NCBI GenBank assembly: GCA_950097015.1
Contig: CATNEN010000039.1
Location: 14,508,001 to 14,572,000, forward strand
Source: Macrostomum hystrix
Taxonomy: Eukaryota > Animalia > Platyhelminthes
Direction of reading: 5' to 3'
Length of the DNA stretch: 64,000 nt
The translations under genes and the position numbers were made by a program. Each line of letters starts with the position of its first letter. The first letter of the stretch is position 1. This document shows, piece by piece, positions 62,292 through 64,000 of this stretch. The notes beneath the pieces were generated by a model that made no database searches, was not told the origin of the DNA, and saw nothing but the letters and a program-made list of their open reading frames with translations.

Positions 62292-64000
62292 GGTAGATTC
62301 AATAGATTATTATCAGTTGTCTGTCTGTCACTGTCTGGTAGATTCAATAGATTATTATCAGTTGTCTGTCTATCACTGTCTGGTAGATTCAATAGATTGT
62401 TATCAGTTGTCTGTCTGTCACTGTCTGGTAGATTCAATAGATTATTATCAGTTGTCTGTCTGTCACTGTCTGGTAGATTCAATAGATTATTATCAGTTGT
62501 CTGTCTGTCACTGTCTGGTAGATTCAATAGATTATTATCAGTTGTCTGTGTATCACTGTCTGGTAGATTCAATAGATTATTATCAGTTGTCTGTCTGTCA
62601 CTGTCTGGTAGATTCAATAGACTATTATCAGTCGTCTGTCTGTCACTGTCTGGTAGATTCAATAGATTATTATCAGTTGTCTGTCTGTCACTGTCTGGTA
62701 GATTCAATAGATTATTATCAGTTGTCTGTCTGTCACTGTCCGGTAGATTCAATAGGTTATTATCAGTTGTCTGTCTGTCACTGTCTGGTAGATTCAATAG
62801 ATTATTATCAGTTGTCTGTCTGTCACTGTCTGGTAGATTCAATAGATTGTTATCAGTTGTCTGTCTGTCACTGTCTGGTAGATTCAATAGATTATTATCA
62901 GTTGTCTGTCTGTCACTGTCTGGTAGATTCAATAGATTGTTATCAGTTGTCTGTCTGTCACTGTCTGGTAGATTCAATAGATTGTTATCAGTTGTCTGTC
63001 TGTCACTGTCTGGTAGATTCAATAGATTGTTATCAGTTGTCTGTCTATCACTGTCTGGTAGATTCAATAGATTATTATCAGTTGTCTGTCTGTCACTGTC
63101 TGGTAGATTCAATAGATTATTATCAGTTGTCTGTCTGTCACTGTCTGGTAGATTCAATAGATTATTATCAGTTGTCTGTCTGTCACTGTCTGGTAGATTC
63201 AATAGATTATTATCAGTTGTCTGTCTGTCACTGTCTGGTAGATTCAATAGGTTATTATCAGTTGTCTGTCTGTCACTGTCCGGTAGATTCAATAGATTAT
63301 TATCAGTTGTCTGTCTGTCACTGTCTGGTAGATTCAATAGATTGTTATCAGTTGTCTGTCTATCACTGTCTGGTAGATTCAATAGATTATTATCAGTTGT
63401 CTGTCTGTCACTGTCTGGTAGATTCAATAGATTATTATCAGTTGTCTGTCTGTCACTGTCCGGTAGATTCAATAGATTGTTATCAGTTGTCTGTCTGTCA
63501 CTGTCTGGTAGATTCAATAGATTATTATCAGTTGTCTGTCTGTCACTGTCTGGTAGATTCAATAGATTATTATCAGTTGTCTGTCTGGTAGATTCAATAG
63601 ATTATTATCAGTTGTCTGTCTGTCACTGTCTGGTAGATTCAATAGATTATTATCAGTTGTCTGTCTGTCACTGTCTGGTAGATTCAATAGATTATTATCA
63701 GTTGTCTGTCTGGTGGATTCAATAGATTATTATCAGTTGTCTGTCTGTCACTGTCTGGTAGATTCAATAGATTATTATCAGTTGTCTGTCTGGTGGATTC
63801 AATAGATTATTATCAGTTGTCTGTCTGTCACTGTCTGGTAGATTCAATAGATTATTATCAGTTGTCTATCTGGTAGATTCAATAGATTATTATCAGTTGT
63901 CTGTCTGGTAGATTCAATAGATTATTATCAGTTGTCTGTCTGTCACTGTCTGGTAGATTCAATAGATTATTATCAGTTGTCTGTCTGGTGGATTCAATAG
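62292..64000. repeat. 45-bp minisatellite (GGTAGATTCAATAGATTATTATCAGTTGTCTGTCTGTCACTGTCT), running off the window
   Basis: Starts about 33 bp upstream of the Vsx ATG; shorter deletion variants appear distally. Confidence 0.97.

Noticed and set aside
60540-63725. ORFs over 400 aa rich in Arg, Pro or Cys
   Set aside because: Unit lengths of 21 and 45 bp are multiples of three, so open frames are expected by chance.

Overview
Eukaryotic (animal) genomic DNA with GT-AG introns, GC-rich exons and a very heavy load of 14-45 bp minisatellite arrays, many inside introns. This architecture suggests a Macrostomum-like flatworm (inference). Manual splicing gives eight protein-coding gene models: the 3' end of a CDKL1/4-like kinase (371-696,+; absent from the ORF track), an SLC9B/NHA Na+/H+ antiporter (7639-13803,+), a tandem pair of highly divergent ETS-domain genes (15771-17996 and 18861-19897,+), a TRPV-like channel with an atypical pore and TRP box (20966-23756,-), an ANKRD63 homolog (25748-38542,+), a two-Ig-domain type I membrane protein (44745-47364,+) and a Vsx/Chx10/ceh-10 homeobox gene (51420-62259,-). 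Mobile DNA includes three tRNA-derived SINE families (one copy with a 15-bp TSD), a LINE RNase H relic, a palindromic MITE-like family, and Merlin and Mutator-type relics in an AT-rich block. The most interesting signals are the chimeric or gene-converted ETS pair with an expanded 20-aa acidic repeat, a minisatellite built from the Vsx splice donor, arrays that repeatedly abut splice sites, one CTGTTAGAC core shared by otherwise unrelated arrays, and RFX X-boxes between the divergent TRPV and ANKRD63 genes. Most long ORFs in the track are satellite artefacts. No CRISPR array, rRNA or intact tRNA was seen. Family assignments are from remembered motifs, not database searches.
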